A DNA stretch of 63,025 nt, the filler included, from Olpidium bornovanus S191 (taxonomy: Eukaryota > Fungi > Olpidiomycota), in the NCBI GenBank assembly GCA_017911155.1. It is 27 parts of 27 records of this genome, joined end to end, with 100 filler letters (N's around TTAATTAATTAA, not from the genome) between each part and the next. Parts side by side here need not be neighbours in the genome. Positions count along the whole stretch, not along the records: positions 7,928 to 11,621 come from JAEFCI010006198.1; positions 11,722 to 14,112 come from JAEFCI010000083.1; positions 14,213 to 18,096 come from JAEFCI010008682.1; positions 18,197 to 19,254 come from JAEFCI010008149.1; positions 19,355 to 22,077 come from JAEFCI010005261.1; 22 more parts are not named here. One strand, 5' to 3'. Under the pieces are notes generated by a model. That model worked only from the letters and a program-made list of their open reading frames with translations. It was not told the DNA's origin and made no database searches. A program made the translations under genes and the position numbers. This document shows, in pieces, positions 10,254 to 22,177 of this stretch (position 1 is the first letter of the stretch; each line of letters starts with the position of its first letter).

Positions 10254-11621
10254 TCATGTTCTCATCTCGCTCTGCAGAGCTTCCATAAACCCGGACAGGT
10301 CTTCCTTTTTGATCTCCAGCGTCGCAGTCTCGAAACTGTCATGTTTTATACGGGCACCAGTTCGGACGGCAGTGGCTTGAAAGGCGAGTCCGAATTTGCT
10401 ACCGTACGGAGGAAAAAGCGGGGAGCGTACAGGGAAAATTCGGTTCAAACTCTTGCACTATTGGTCGCTACCCTACCGCCTCCGTGTACAAGGGTTCAGG
10501 GACGGTGACAACGCACTTTTTTCTGACATCGCCATGCCGAGCGGACCCTGTGACCCCTGCCACGAGGTAGCGGTCTTTCTGTTCATCCAGCACCGCGAGG
10601 ACAAATGGCAAGTTCGTTTTGCCGTATTCCTGTAGATTTCCAGACAGATTGAGCTCTTCGTGCAACTCTACAGGGGCTATAGACCACAATCTCAGACGAG
10701 GCTCAATCACGTCAGAGGAGCGTCTATCATACTTACCCGCATCGCATCTACCAGAAATAGCGACAGCTTGGACAAGGTCAGCGGATGGCATAGGATCTGC
10801 AGGTCTGGCTCGTCACGTAACACGGCCAGTCGGAAGGACTTTAAGGTTTTGACCGATTGTCGTTCGATCATGGATGTCCCTTGTCGTACGACGACCCGTT
10901 GTAATCGCATGGAAAGATCCACGGCTGACCGAAGCAGTTTTACGCTAATTCGCGCGGAAAAACATATGGAAGGCACCACAAAACCGGTAAATCCATGGAT
11001 CCTTTATTGCTAGGACAACGGTTATTCTGTAATAATGCTAACTGAAAAGACGAATCTTCCACGCACTTGTCCAACGCGTCCAAGGCCTTGTAGAAGCCCA
11101 GCCCAAACTCCTCATTGCCGTCGCTCGCGCCGCCCCCGCCGGCGTCGACCAAAGCGGCGGCGCTGTGACTCCCATCTGTCCAGTCGATGTGGGCGCCGAG
11201 AGATGCTGCAATGCCAGGTGAGCATTCTATCACGGCGGTCACTGCATAAACCGCGTCGGCGGACGAGAACTTGTACTCCCAGCCGTAGGTTCGGACGAAT
11301 GACGGAAAGTAAAGTTCGTGGAGGCCATACTCGGGCGCTGTCCTGTTAATCTTAGTTCGGAGCGAAGTCCGAAGGTCGACATTCATGTGCTTATGAGGTT
11401 GTTGATACTGTGGTTGGGATATCCTACCAATGTCGTCGAAATCCGGCGAAATAGCAAGGTCAAGGGGAGTTCAGAATAAGTCAAACCGGCCAGAAACTCC
11501 ATCATTTACTGGGCTGATAGCAAGGCGTACCCCATCTTCGCCAATAAATTTAGCAGCCTGTTTCTGCCTTTCTCTCGCCATACTGCCAGCCTGCTGGCCA
11601 CGTAAGACGAGTGGAACATGC
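10254..11621 (-). CDS. CDC45: DNA replication initiation factor CDC45, C-terminal half (5' partial)
   Basis: MFHSSYVASRLAVWREKGRNRLLNLLAKMG; RTAPEYGLHELYFPSFVRTYG..SSADAVYAVTAVIE; FYKALDAL; VVRQGTSMIERQSVKTLKSFRLAVLRD.PD...HPLTLSKLSLFLVDA; LPFVLAVLD; KFGLAFQ..A..TGARIKHDSFET..LEIKKEDLSGFMEAL. Multi-exon; stop at 10254. Confidence 0.95.
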
Positions 11622-11721
11622 NNNNNNNNNNNNNNNNNNNNNNNNNNNNNNNNNNNNNNNNNNNNTTAATTAATTAANNNNNNNNNNNNNNNNNNNNNNN
11701 NNNNNNNNNNNNNNNNNNNNN

Positions 11722-11870
11722 CATGCTCGATCCGGAATTGAACGCATATTCCGTTTCCCGCTCTCCATTTTCATCTGTTGTTTTGCTCTTGTGTATTTCA
11801 ACCAACCACACCAGCGACGTCTGGCGTACAAATCTCCCGTGGCTGCTACCAGCCGAATACAAAACGCCAC
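11722..11870 (-). CDS. Possible exon fragment at contig edge (loosely PH-domain-start-like)
   Basis: GRFVRQTSLVWLVEIHKSKTTDENGERETEYAFN runs into the gap. Only a weak resemblance to the opening strands of DH-associated PH domains. Confidence 0.22.
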
Positions 11871-13073
11871 GATGATTATAATTGTTGCAAACGTTAAGTT
11901 CCCGCCCTCGGGCTCAGTCTCCGTCTTCCCCTGAAACACAAACAAAACATAATATAATATACCAATAATAATTACTTATATTAATAATATAATCTGTATC
12001 ATTATTGTGGTACAATTTTTACAAATGAATTGCAATAACATAATTCAATGTGTTAATAATGACATGAAGGAAAGCCAACAGAGAGAGGAATTTAGCCTCT
12101 GCTCTAGACTCCACGCAAGCGCCTGCACCCGCCGGCTGTTGCTGCGGTGACCGCGCAGGTCTCTCTCACTACCAACGCCGCGCCAGGCAGAGCCTGGTGT
12201 TCGTTTGTGCAGGCGTCGTCGTGTGGAACTGCAAACGGATCACGCCAACACGTGGCATTCGATTCCACTGCTTCATCCGCTTTGTTTCCGCTTCAGCCGG
12301 CCTTGCACACTGCCGCCTGCGGGGCAGCCGCGTCAGCTTTAATACTGCGCTCCTCTTTTTGTACAGGCAACGGCGTCTGCCGTCGAGCCAGAGGCGAAGC
12401 ACCACCAGAAGCGACGAGAGCTGCATAGCTTGTCCGGGCATAGCACAGGCAAGCGCAGTGCTCCAAAGAACAATCAAACAGGCGACACTCGAACAGCGGG
12501 CGCCTTGCGCTTCCCAATCCGTCGGAGATCACAGCGTGCTCGACAGCTGAGCACACAATCCCATTCCCGATCACATTCCGATCCCGAGGGGCGGGTGGGC
12601 TTTACCGCAAGCCTGCGCTTCCCCCGCCCACCCTCCTGCTCTCCCGCGCGCCGTTGCGCCGTCGGGTTCACAGCGGCCGGAAGCGCGTCCGCTAGTTGTA
12701 TGTGCGGCGGCCAGCGTTCAGTTGGCCCCCAGCGAAAGATCGTTTTCCCTTTTTCCCCGCCGGGTCTTCCCGGTGTATCTCGCAACCCTTCTTCTCCACC
12801 TTTTAAGAGTGACAAGAGCTGTGGTCCGCGCCAGCGCCTCGTGTTCTCCCCTTCAACGCGCTGGAAAGCCCACGTGCACGCGCGCCGAGCTGCGCAGCCG
12901 CGACGACCTCCGGCAGGGAGCGTTGCGGGAGCGTCGGGTTGCAGGGCACTCCGGCGTGGTCGTCCGTGTGTTCTTTGTCTCGCACGACCAGAAAACGCAG
13001 AAGAGGAAAAAAAAAAAAAAAAAAAAAAAAAAACGCCCGCACGGCGCCGCCGCCACACCATTCACCGCCACAC

Positions 13074-13302
13074 ATGCCGGACCTCACCGACCTTTTCAGG
13101 CATTCCGTTGAAAAGAGGGAAACCGCCGGCGGGGCGGCACGCTCCTCCGCACCCCGGCCCGGCGTGCGCCGCCGGGGTGGCGGGGAGACAAAGCCGAGGA
13201 CTGCTTCCCAGAAAAGGACGAGGCTCGTCACGCCTTTGGAGCTGTCCGACGTGTTCCTGCGCGAGGCGTACCAGATCGTGAGTTTTCTATCTTCCCTTTT
13301 TT

Positions 13303-13345
<43 letters not shown>

Positions 13346-14112
13346 CTTTTTCTTTTTCCCTTTTCTCCACCAATATCCCCATCCCCTCGTACGGAACCCG
13401 CCGGGCTTTTCCCTGTCGGGAATACCACGGTCCGGCAGGGTCTTTCTTGCCGGCTGCCGGGACCGGCGGCTTCCTGCCTGGAGGGAAGAACCTCACCCCG
13501 GTTGCATCGCCTGTGGTCTCGCATCGTTGTAGGCTTCGGACATACTTGCCTTGAAGCGTTACTTGCTCGCAACGCGGAGGGCGTACCTGGGCACCGCCCG
13601 CGCTGCCGGTCCCTTTGCGTCTTCCGGAAGCAAACTAGACGCGGCGGGCATCGCCCTCTCGCCGCTTGATGCCGTGTCGACGGTTGTTTCTTCCTCTCCG
13701 GCCGCGATGTTGGAAAGCCAGAAAGAAGAACGCGACCGGCAAGCGAGGCTCGACATGAATTCCTGCATGGAGAAGATCGCGGGGCTCGAGGAAGTCAGCA
13801 AAGGTGTGCTGTTCGTATGCCTACGGGACGAACGCGGGGTGGGGGAAAGGGGAGGGAAGTGGGAGGGGTGGGGCTTAGAAAGGCTACCTGAGAAAGGTGG
13901 TCTTTCTTTGCGGCACTTTCCGTTTGCGGCATTCTTACCCGGCGCGATTAGCGTTGCAGTCAAGGGAAATTTCAAGGCGTGACGGAATTACATCGAGATT
14001 ATTTGGCGCCGACGCTGCGGCGGTCGCGGAAACCAGGCTTATTTCCGAGCACCGGAGCTCAATAACGTGGCTGCTGAGTCAGCGGCTTCTAGAGGTGACC
14101 AAAATCCATGCG
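13074..14112 (+). CDS. UFE1: ER t-SNARE syntaxin-18/Ufe1, N-terminal part (3' partial)
   Basis: MPDLTDLFRHSV...DVFLREAYQI|ASDILALKRYLLATRRAYL...QKEERDRQARLDMNSCMEKIAGLEEV...EHRSSITWLLSQRLLEV matches the Syntaxin-18_N pattern (DLT.LF; FLKEAY.I...L..YL...RRAYL; HR.SV.WYL..RL). Confidence 0.88.
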
Positions 14113-14396
14113 NNNNNNNNNNNNNNNNNNNNNNNNNNNNNNNNNNNNNNNNNNNNTTAATTAATTAANNNNNNNNNNNNNNNNNNNNNNNNNNNNNNNN
14201 NNNNNNNNNNNNCCCCCCCCCTTCCCCTTCATTCCTTTTCCCCCCACACACATGCGCGGCCCTGCCTTCATTTTCCGGTTGCATTTTGCCGCGCCCCGAC
14301 TAGGCAGGGACCGCTCATTTCTGCATGCTGTCGTTTTTTTGAATGTACAAAGCAAATTCGGACGGGGATATTTGGCACCTGCCTTTTTTTTCTCTC

Positions 14397-14456
<60 letters not shown>

Positions 14457-15024
14457 TGGCCGCTTCGCGCAGGAAACCAAATGGTCAAGCCAAGTCAATT
14501 CCCCTTCCCCCTCTCACCTTGGGGTGTGTACTTCGCTTGTTTCCTTTGCGCAGGCCGCACTCGGCCGAGCCGATGCGCGAGCTTCGCCCGACGGTGTCGG
14601 GCTCGCCAAAGGTTATCCCTCTTGGGCCACGGGCCGCGTGAAGCCGGCGCAATATGCCGGTTGGGGTTAGCGTTGACCCCCCCGCAGTTTAACGGCGACT
14701 CCGTTTCTTTTTTGCCCGTTTCTGGAGTCGGCGGAACCCGAGGGGGCAACGCGTTTCCCCCTACCCCTTTACACCCCGCCCCCCTCCAGAAAAAAGCGGT
14801 GCAACCCGCAAACGAAACACACCGGAGGACGTGAAAGAGAAGGCGGCAGGCCGAGAAAGGGGCCACGTTTCCAATCCAGACCGGTTCCCCTGATCGCAAT
14901 TTTTTCTGACAGCCCGCCCGTCTGACCTCCCCGGCGGCTTCACGAGCAGTCTCGTCGACAGTCGCCCTTCCCGCTGTTTACCCCGCACAGCAGCAGCGTA
15001 ACAAGAACAACAAACAACGGAGGC

Positions 15025-17850
15025 ATGTCAAGCGTCGGCCCGGCGGCGCCGGTCGGCGGAAATGGGGGCGGCGCAGTCCCGCAGACCGGAGACCAGCCGC
15101 CGACGCCGTCGGCAGCCCAGGTCGTCCTCCGGAGGCTGCAGGAACAGATCAGGACGCTCCGCGAAGACCTGGCCGTGGAGGCGGCCCTCAGCTCGCAGCT
15201 GCCCGACGCGTTGACGGAGCTGGAGCTGACGAGGCGGGCGCTGACGGATTCGCAGCTGGAGGCGGACGCGCTGCGGGCCAAACTCCTCTCGGGGGGTCGC
15301 ACACACCGGACTCTCTCGGGTGGCGAGCGGGCGAGGCGCGGGGCAGGCGAAGGGCACGAGGCGGCGGCGGCGGCCTCGCCTCCCGGGCCGGCGGAGCACG
15401 AGGGGCCAGATGACGACGGCGACGACGACGACGGCCGTCCGGAAGAAGTCGGACGGCTGCGAGAACGGGTGTCGGAACTGGAACTGGCCCTGCAGAGGCG
15501 GGAGCGGCAGCTGGAGGAGAGCCGGGGCGCCGCGTCCGTCGAACCGGCACGCCGCCCGTGCGGCGGCGGGGGAAACTGCGGGGCGTCCGCCGCCCTGGCG
15601 GAACTGCGGCGGGAGTCGGCCGCCAGGGAGGCCGAGCTGGCGCGGCTGTGCGCGGACGAGAAGCGGGCCGCGGAAGCCCTCCGCGGCGAGGTCTCCGGCC
15701 TGACGGCCCGGCACCAGCAGCTGGTTTCGGAACTGCAGGCGGAGCTGCGGCAGGCCGCGGAGGAGAAGGAGGAGCAGCGGCGCGGGTTCGACCGCCGGGC
15801 GGATGAGAAGGAGCGGGAGGTGTGGCGGCTCGAGGCGGAGGCGTCCGAGCTGCGCGCGAGGGCGTCCGAGGTCGAGGTGATGCTCGCCGATTCGCGCGCG
15901 CGGGCGGCGGAGGCCGCCAAGCTGGCGGACGAGGAGCGGGACCGCCAGCTCCGGAAGAAAGACGAGGAGGCGGCGGAGGTCCGCCGGGAACTCTCCGAGG
16001 CGCGCGAGCAGGCCGACGGTCTCAGGCTGGCTTTCCGGACCGCCGAGGCGACGAGGCAGAAGCACGCCGGCGACGTCGCCGCCGCGCTGCGGGCCGCCGA
16101 AGACAAGGCCCGCGAGGTGGCCGAGCGCGACGGCGAGATCCGCGTGCTGCGGGAGCGGGGCGCCGAGTTGTCGGAGGCGCTGCGGGCCGGCGAGGAAACC
16201 AAGCGCCGGGACGCGGAGGCGGTCGGCTCGTCTTCCGAGGCGCTCAAGGACGCCCTCGAGCACCTCGCCCGTCGGACCGACGAGGTCGAACGGCTGCGGC
16301 GCGAGTCGGAGGCGGCCCGCAGGGCGGTCGAGCGGCTGGAGCCCGCGCTGCAGGCGGCGGAGGACGCCAAGCGGGCCGCGTCAGACGAGCTCGCCGCCGC
16401 TTCGAAGGCGGCGGAGGAGGCGGCCGCCGAGCGGGACGCGACGGTATCGTCCCTCCGGGACGAGCTCGCGGCGTCCGCGGAGGCGCTGCGGCGGCACCAG
16501 GCCGACTTCGAGGCCCGGAGCCTGCCGCTGGACGAGGCCGTGGTCCGGCTCCGGCGGGAGGCGGAGGGCCGGGAGGCGGCGCTGGGCGCCGCGCGGAAGC
16601 AGCTCTCCGAGTCCCAGTCCGCGTCCGACGGCCTGCGCGCGAAACTGCGCGAAGCGGACGCCGCGCGCCGGAAAGACTTCGCCGCGCTCGAGGCCGCGCT
16701 GGCGCGCAAGTCTTCCGAGCTCGACGAGCGCTCCCGCCGGGAGTCGGCCCTGCGGGACGAGGTGTCCGTCCTGCAGAAGACCCTCGACGCGGCGCGGCTC
16801 GCGCTCGCGGAGGCGGAGCGCCGGTCCGGGGCGGCGGCGGAAGAGCAGCTCGCCGCGGGCGAGCGCAGGCTGTCGGAGCTGCGCGAGCGGCACCGCGAGG
16901 AGCGCCAGAACAGCGGCGAGCTCCTCAAGAGGTCCCGGGAGCACCTGGAGATGCTCGCGGCGGAGGTCGAGGACCTGAAGAAGCAGCTCCGCGACGCGGC
17001 CGAAGCGGCGCGGGCCGAGGCCGACGCGCTCCGGGCGCGGCTGGCCGCGCAGGAGGAGGCTTCCGAGGCCGAGGCGACTGCGCTGCGCGCGGAGCTGGCG
17101 CGGAAGGCGGCCGAGGCGGAGGAGGCCCCCGCGCGGGCGGCGGCAGAGCGGGAGGAAGAGGTCGGGGCCGCCCGAAGGGAGGCGCAGGAGGCCGAGGCGG
17201 CGCTCGCCGCGGCGGAGAGGGCGCACCGCCGGCAGTCGGCCGAGATGCTGGCGGAGGTCATGTCCCGGTCGGTCGCCTACGAGGAGCGCATCCGCAAGCT
17301 CGCCCAGCGGTGCACCCAGTGCGAGCTGCGGCTCTTCGCGCGCACGCGCGACCTCGAGCTCATGGCCGACGCGGCCGACGGGTTCCGGAGAGCGCGGGAC
17401 GACGTCCGCGCGGTGCTGCTGGGCCGGGAAATCGAGGAAACCGCCGGGCCCGGCGGCGGCGGCGGCGGCGCCGCGGAGGAGGAAGACCGGAGGAGGTGGG
17501 ACGACCTCGCCTCCGCGGCGGCGGCCCTCGCGTCGTCCCGGTCCCGCGAGGCGGCCGCCGCGCGGGCGGCGCGCTCCAGAGTCCGCGGCGTGCTCGCGCG
17601 CCTCCTCCCGCGGGCCGACCCCTCGCTCTCGCCCGACGTCGTCTGGGCCGAGGCGGAGGAGGACGCCGGAGCCGACGCCGCCGACCCCGTCCGCTGCTGG
17701 GACCGGCTCGTTCTCGCCCTGGAGGCCGTCGCCGTCTTCCGCGCCAAAGAGAAGATCGAGGTCGACGGCTGCCGCGGCCGGATGAAGGCCTTTGAAGCGG
17801 TCGCCGAGGTCGCGCGCAAACAGAACGGGAGCCTCCTGCAGAAGTTGTTC
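15025..17850 (+). CDS. Large Ala/Glu/Arg-rich coiled-coil protein (single exon of about 940 codons; 3' partial)
   Basis: ORF with strong C/G third-position bias and continuous heptad-like E/R/A/L content. Probable GTTAGT donor near 17853. No catalytic domain recognised. Confidence 0.8.
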
Positions 17851-18400
17851 AGGGTTAGTTCCTCGGGGGGAGGGGGGGTGGGGGGTGGTGGTGGTGAGAG
17901 GAGCATGCAAAAAAAAAAAAGGTGGAAAGAGGGAGAAAGAGACGGACGGGGTTACCCGCTCCGGAAATTTTGCGCGGGGTCACACGTAGAAAAAAAAAAT
18001 CCCCCGCCGCTTTTTCGCGACCCTACGCTGCGCGTCCCCCCCGCTTTTCACCTTCTTTTCTCCCCTCCTCCCCCCCCCCCCCCCCCCCCGGGGAAANNNN
18101 NNNNNNNNNNNNNNNNNNNNNNNNNNNNNNNNNNNNNNNNTTAATTAATTAANNNNNNNNNNNNNNNNNNNNNNNNNNNNNNNNNNNNNNNNNNNNCATG
18201 CATTCCAATCCAGTGCGAGGATTTTGAGCAAACTTTCCAAAGTTTTCCAAATGGTGACGGCGGGTGCGGGAGGAGAACACCTGATAACTACCAGCACGCT
18301 GGTAGTTATTGGATTTGTTAGGTGAATTGCATCTCAAATGTATCTTAAAAATTTATTTAGTTAATAATTTTATTTTTCCCCATTTATTCCAACCCCGAGG

Positions 18401-18485
18401 CCGCTCTTAGCTCAGTTGGTAGTAGCGTGCGACTGTAGATTAAACTGTCATCGCACGGTCCCTGGTTCGAATCCGGGAGAGCGGA
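18401..18485 (+). tRNA. tRNA-Tyr (GTA) with an 11-nt intron (18439-18449)
   Basis: Acceptor stem CCGCTCT/AGAGCGG plus discriminator A; D-arm GCTC-AGTTGGTAGT-AGCG; anticodon stem TGCGA/TCGCA around CT-GTA-G[ATTAAACTGTC]A; T-arm CCTGG-TTCGAAT-CCGGG; T6 terminator about 20 nt downstream. Confidence 0.97.
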
Positions 18486-19354
18486 TCTCTGACACAATTC
18501 GCTTTTTTATGCGGGTTTTAGGGATTCCGGATAATGATCCGAAGCGACCCGATGCTACGCAAGGCACGAGACAACCAGTTTTTGTCGCATAAAATTGTTC
18601 TTTCCTTTTTCGCCTCCTGTTTTTCTTTTATCCCCGGCTTTCCGGGGTGTCCTTGACGCATAAAGTTCATTTCTTTTTTACCTGCTTTTTTTGCGTATGT
18701 TTTGGGCTTCCGATGGATACTTCCCGAGCGGGCAGCGGGTCGCTGTCAAGTTGAACCAACTTCCTTGATTTTTTCGACGCTCGCGAATCTCGCTTTTTTT
18801 TCTTTTGTTCCGTCGGGCCTTCAACTTTTCGGCGAGGCTGGCTCGGGAGTCGAAATCTGTGTTTGTTCTCGTTCTAAGGGGGCAGCGGACCACTGACGTT
18901 TTTCACCGTGCCGTGTCTCGAAAGCGAACCGCGGATCGTTGTAAATACCACCTGCCGCCGGCTGTGGGAACGGCCCCGTTAACGGCGGAGTGTACAGGAA
19001 CTTACGGGCTGAGGGGGAAGGAAATGATGGCGAAGAAGGAGATCCAACACCATCTTCTGCCGCAGCGATCCTAACGTCGCATCCAAATGCTCCGTTGTTG
19101 TTATTCACGGTAAATAATCTAATGGAGAACGCTTGCACTTCCCGGCGGCAAGCTTCATAAACGTTAAAAGATAAAATGACAAGTTCGCCCCATTGTTGTC
19201 GACCGAGACCCGCGCTCCATTGTTATCGACCGCGACCCGCGCTGGACCGGCAGGNNNNNNNNNNNNNNNNNNNNNNNNNNNNNNNNNNNNNNNNNNNNTT
19301 AATTAATTAANNNNNNNNNNNNNNNNNNNNNNNNNNNNNNNNNNNNNNNNNNNN

Positions 19355-20050
19355 CATGCCACACCTGGTAGAGGTGACAAGTACGTTTGTCCCGTTGTAA
19401 ATTAGAAACTGGATGGAGATGAGGGAGGCGTGAAAGTTTTTCGTGATTAAAGCATCCTTGAAGATAAAAATTGTTACTTGCTTTCTTCTGAGGACACTCG
19501 TCGGCTGTGGTCCACATAGTTTGATTGTCCTAATTGAGGTTCCAATTGACTTAAACCAACCCGGGTATTTCATCATATGACGGGTGCAGCCGCTATCTAG
19601 GACAGCTCTGGCGCCGCGTAAGGTAGCGGCATCCAACGTCAGCTTGGAATGCGACGATCGCCACGTCAGTCCGTGTCGTCACCGGGGGTTTGGATGCTTC
19701 TCCCTCCTTAATGTCATGTGCCTTGGCGTCCTTCTCCTTTATGGTCTGAACTGTCGCGTTTTTCCTCTCCCCATCACTCTTTTGCGATGAGCCCTTTCTT
19801 GCAACAATAGCAACGAGTTACCTTGCTTTTGGCCTGCTTGCCTTTGCCGTTGTTAGATTTTTTCGCCATGATGCTTGCAATTCTTGCGCCACGGATGGGT
19901 TTTTTCTTGATATCTTCAATGCGGAGATCCTGTCTGGCGGCTTATTGCACTTGGTTGGGGTCGTTCAAGTCAGGGGCTATAAGCATAATACGCATCTTGC
20001 GGTTGCCCCTTAGCTATGAATGAATCCTTACGGCCCAGAACGATACGTTT
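19355..20050 (-). mobile_element. Decayed Ty1/copia gag-protease fragment
   Basis: AVLDSGCTRHMMKYPGWFKSI..SIRTIKL...FKDALITKNFHASLISIQFL..NG..V matches the copia protease motif (W.LDSGCT.HMT...F; L.V..L..NLLS..QL..NG..V). The upstream gag region is broken by stops. Confidence 0.8.
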
Positions 20051-20269
20051 CTCAGTCTCAAGCCCCAATTCCTTTAATGTGTTGCTTCATTCAACATCAT
20101 TCATCACGCACCTCCCGCTCCCAATAATGAGGAATGTAGAGTTTAATGTTAAGTTTAATTTAGAGTTTTCGTTGTATTATATATTAAATATCCGGATAAG
20201 TCACTCGATTGCCCGTCGGTCAAGAAATCAATAACTCTAACAACTTTGGAAATGGCAAGATGTTGCCAT

Positions 20270-20490
20270 CTCCGCTCTGTGTCAACAATTAAGGAATGGT
20301 TGATTGACTTGACCAATACTCAACGAATCAGCAACAGGTCAAAGCACATTGCTGTATAACATTTCTATGTTCACAAGCAAGTGCACCTAGGGGAGGTTGA
20401 TGTGCTACCAGTTGACACATCCAATAGTATCGTTGATGTTTTTATGAGAGGGTTATCTTGACCTAAATTTCAAAATGGGATTGCTTCCCT
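20270..20490 (+). mobile_element. Decayed copia RNase H C-terminal fragment (opposite orientation to the protease fragment)
   Basis: NTQRISNRSKHIAV*H-FYVHKQVHLGEVDVLPVDTSNSIVDVFMRGLS*PKFQ matches copia H.RSKHIDIRYHF.R......G.I.L....T...ADIFTK.L..PKF, with stops. Confidence 0.75.
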
Positions 20491-20587
20491 TGGAAGTTTC
20501 TCATTCGATGCGCCGGAAACAAAACGTCAAATTTGAGGATCAACCCGATCCATCGCTGGCTGCGCAAGTCTGCCGTTGAATATTCTG

Positions 20588-21900
20588 TCATTGTGCCCAG
20601 CAGTACCTGACCGTCCGTTTTAACCACAACATGTCGACCGAATACCAGATGTCATTCCTTTTCAGCCTTCTCGTCGAACTTGAGGTAGACTTCGCTTCTT
20701 CGTTGACTGGAGTCCCGGGAGGGTCGGCCTCGACATCCGCAGGGTTGCACGCGGGACGCTGGGTTGACAGGGCAGCCGCTCGAAGGCGCGCGCGGTGCAT
20801 CGACCGTGTCTGCGGCCTGTCCTCATCTGATTCCTCTTCCTCAGCCGCCCCCTGCAGTGCCGAGGCAGCCTTCGCCTGGGCCCCTCTCGCTGGTCTGCTC
20901 TGTGCGCTACTTCCTCCCTCAGTTTCTTCCTCACGGTCCCTGCCTGTAAGCTGCTCGCCTTCACGGTGTCTTCGGGCCGCTCGCCACGTTGCTTCTTCTG
21001 CGAAGAAGGCCCCGTCACAGAGGTAGTCTGCTTAGTGATCTTCAAAGTCCCCTTTGAAGCGGCAGGCGCGCTTGAGGCGACGCCAGAAGCTGCCGCCGTG
21101 GCCTCTTCCCGGGGGGTGGCGCAGCCGTAGCTCCCCTCTCCACCGTCGCATTCCGGGGTGTGGCGCGCGTGCCGCGCGACGTAAAGTCGGCTGAAGAGGC
21201 CGCCCGAGGGCCTCTTCCGCTTCTCTCCAAGGCGCTCCTGGTGCTACTGGTGTTGGTCTTTGCCGCCAAAGGTCCTCCCATCACTGTAGCTTCGCTTGTG
21301 CTTTCCCCCGTCGCCCTGGTCCTTCTTCGGCGTGTAGCTGCAGCCTCCCCTCCTGGCCTGGGCTGCTCATCGCAACTGTAGGCGATGTTGGCGCAGAATC
21401 GGAGCAGGAGGCCCAGCGCCGAGGCAAGCGGGGGGAGGGGCAAACTCCCCATCTCTACAGGGCGCCTGAGGCGGCGCGGCCTCGTTCCTGCCGGCCGTGG
21501 CTTCGTCGCTCTGCCGCTGCTGCGCAGTGCCTCCCGCAGCAGTGCCCCCGGCGGTGTCCGCCCGGGGTCCCATCGTACCGTCCTTTCTGCCCGTTCCCTC
21601 GTACTTGAGGGCCAAGCGGTCTCCCCCCCCCCCTCGCCCTCTTCGAAGAGAGGGAGAGAGAGAGAGGGTTGTTTGGGCGGGGGCGCCCTCCGGTTAAGCC
21701 CGTCTCGGCGCAGCGCAGGCTTCTTTGCGCGAGCTTATTTTTTTCCGCACCGCGGGGGTCTCGTTTTGTTGGTTTTTTGCTCGTCTCCTCCGGCCCCGGA
21801 TGTACTGCGGCAAAGTTAAGCGTCTATTCCTCTTCCTCGTCAGGTCTGTGCAAGGAGCTACAGGTAAGGTGACGAGGGCTGACAGTGCAGTTAAAGGGGA
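20588..21900 (-). CDS. Possible low-complexity hypothetical protein (3' portion, exon structure unresolved)
   Basis: Overlapping minus-strand ORFs rich in A/R/E/G/S (21042-21452, 20662-21045, 20588-20800). No recognisable domain. Confidence 0.3.
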
Positions 21901-22177
21901 AACTAGGTTAAGTTAATAGCTGGGTTCAAAGTCGAGCTACGGAGCGGACGAGACGCAATTTATGCCTGTCGACGTCGAGCGAAGGCAGGTCGACGGCAAA
22001 GCCGTCCTTCGATGTCGCGTCTGTCGACGCGGTGCGTCGGGTCCCTTCCCGCGCGGTTACCACGCGGGGCTCCTGGCNNNNNNNNNNNNNNNNNNNNNNN
22101 NNNNNNNNNNNNNNNNNNNNNTTAATTAATTAANNNNNNNNNNNNNNNNNNNNNNNNNNNNNNNNNNNNNNNNNNNN

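Noticed and set aside
14940-17910. Long antisense and alternate-frame ORFs (773, 657, 509, 411 aa) over the coiled-coil gene; likewise 25555-27507 over mtIF3
   Set aside because: Expected shadow ORFs from stop-codon scarcity in very GC-rich coding DNA.
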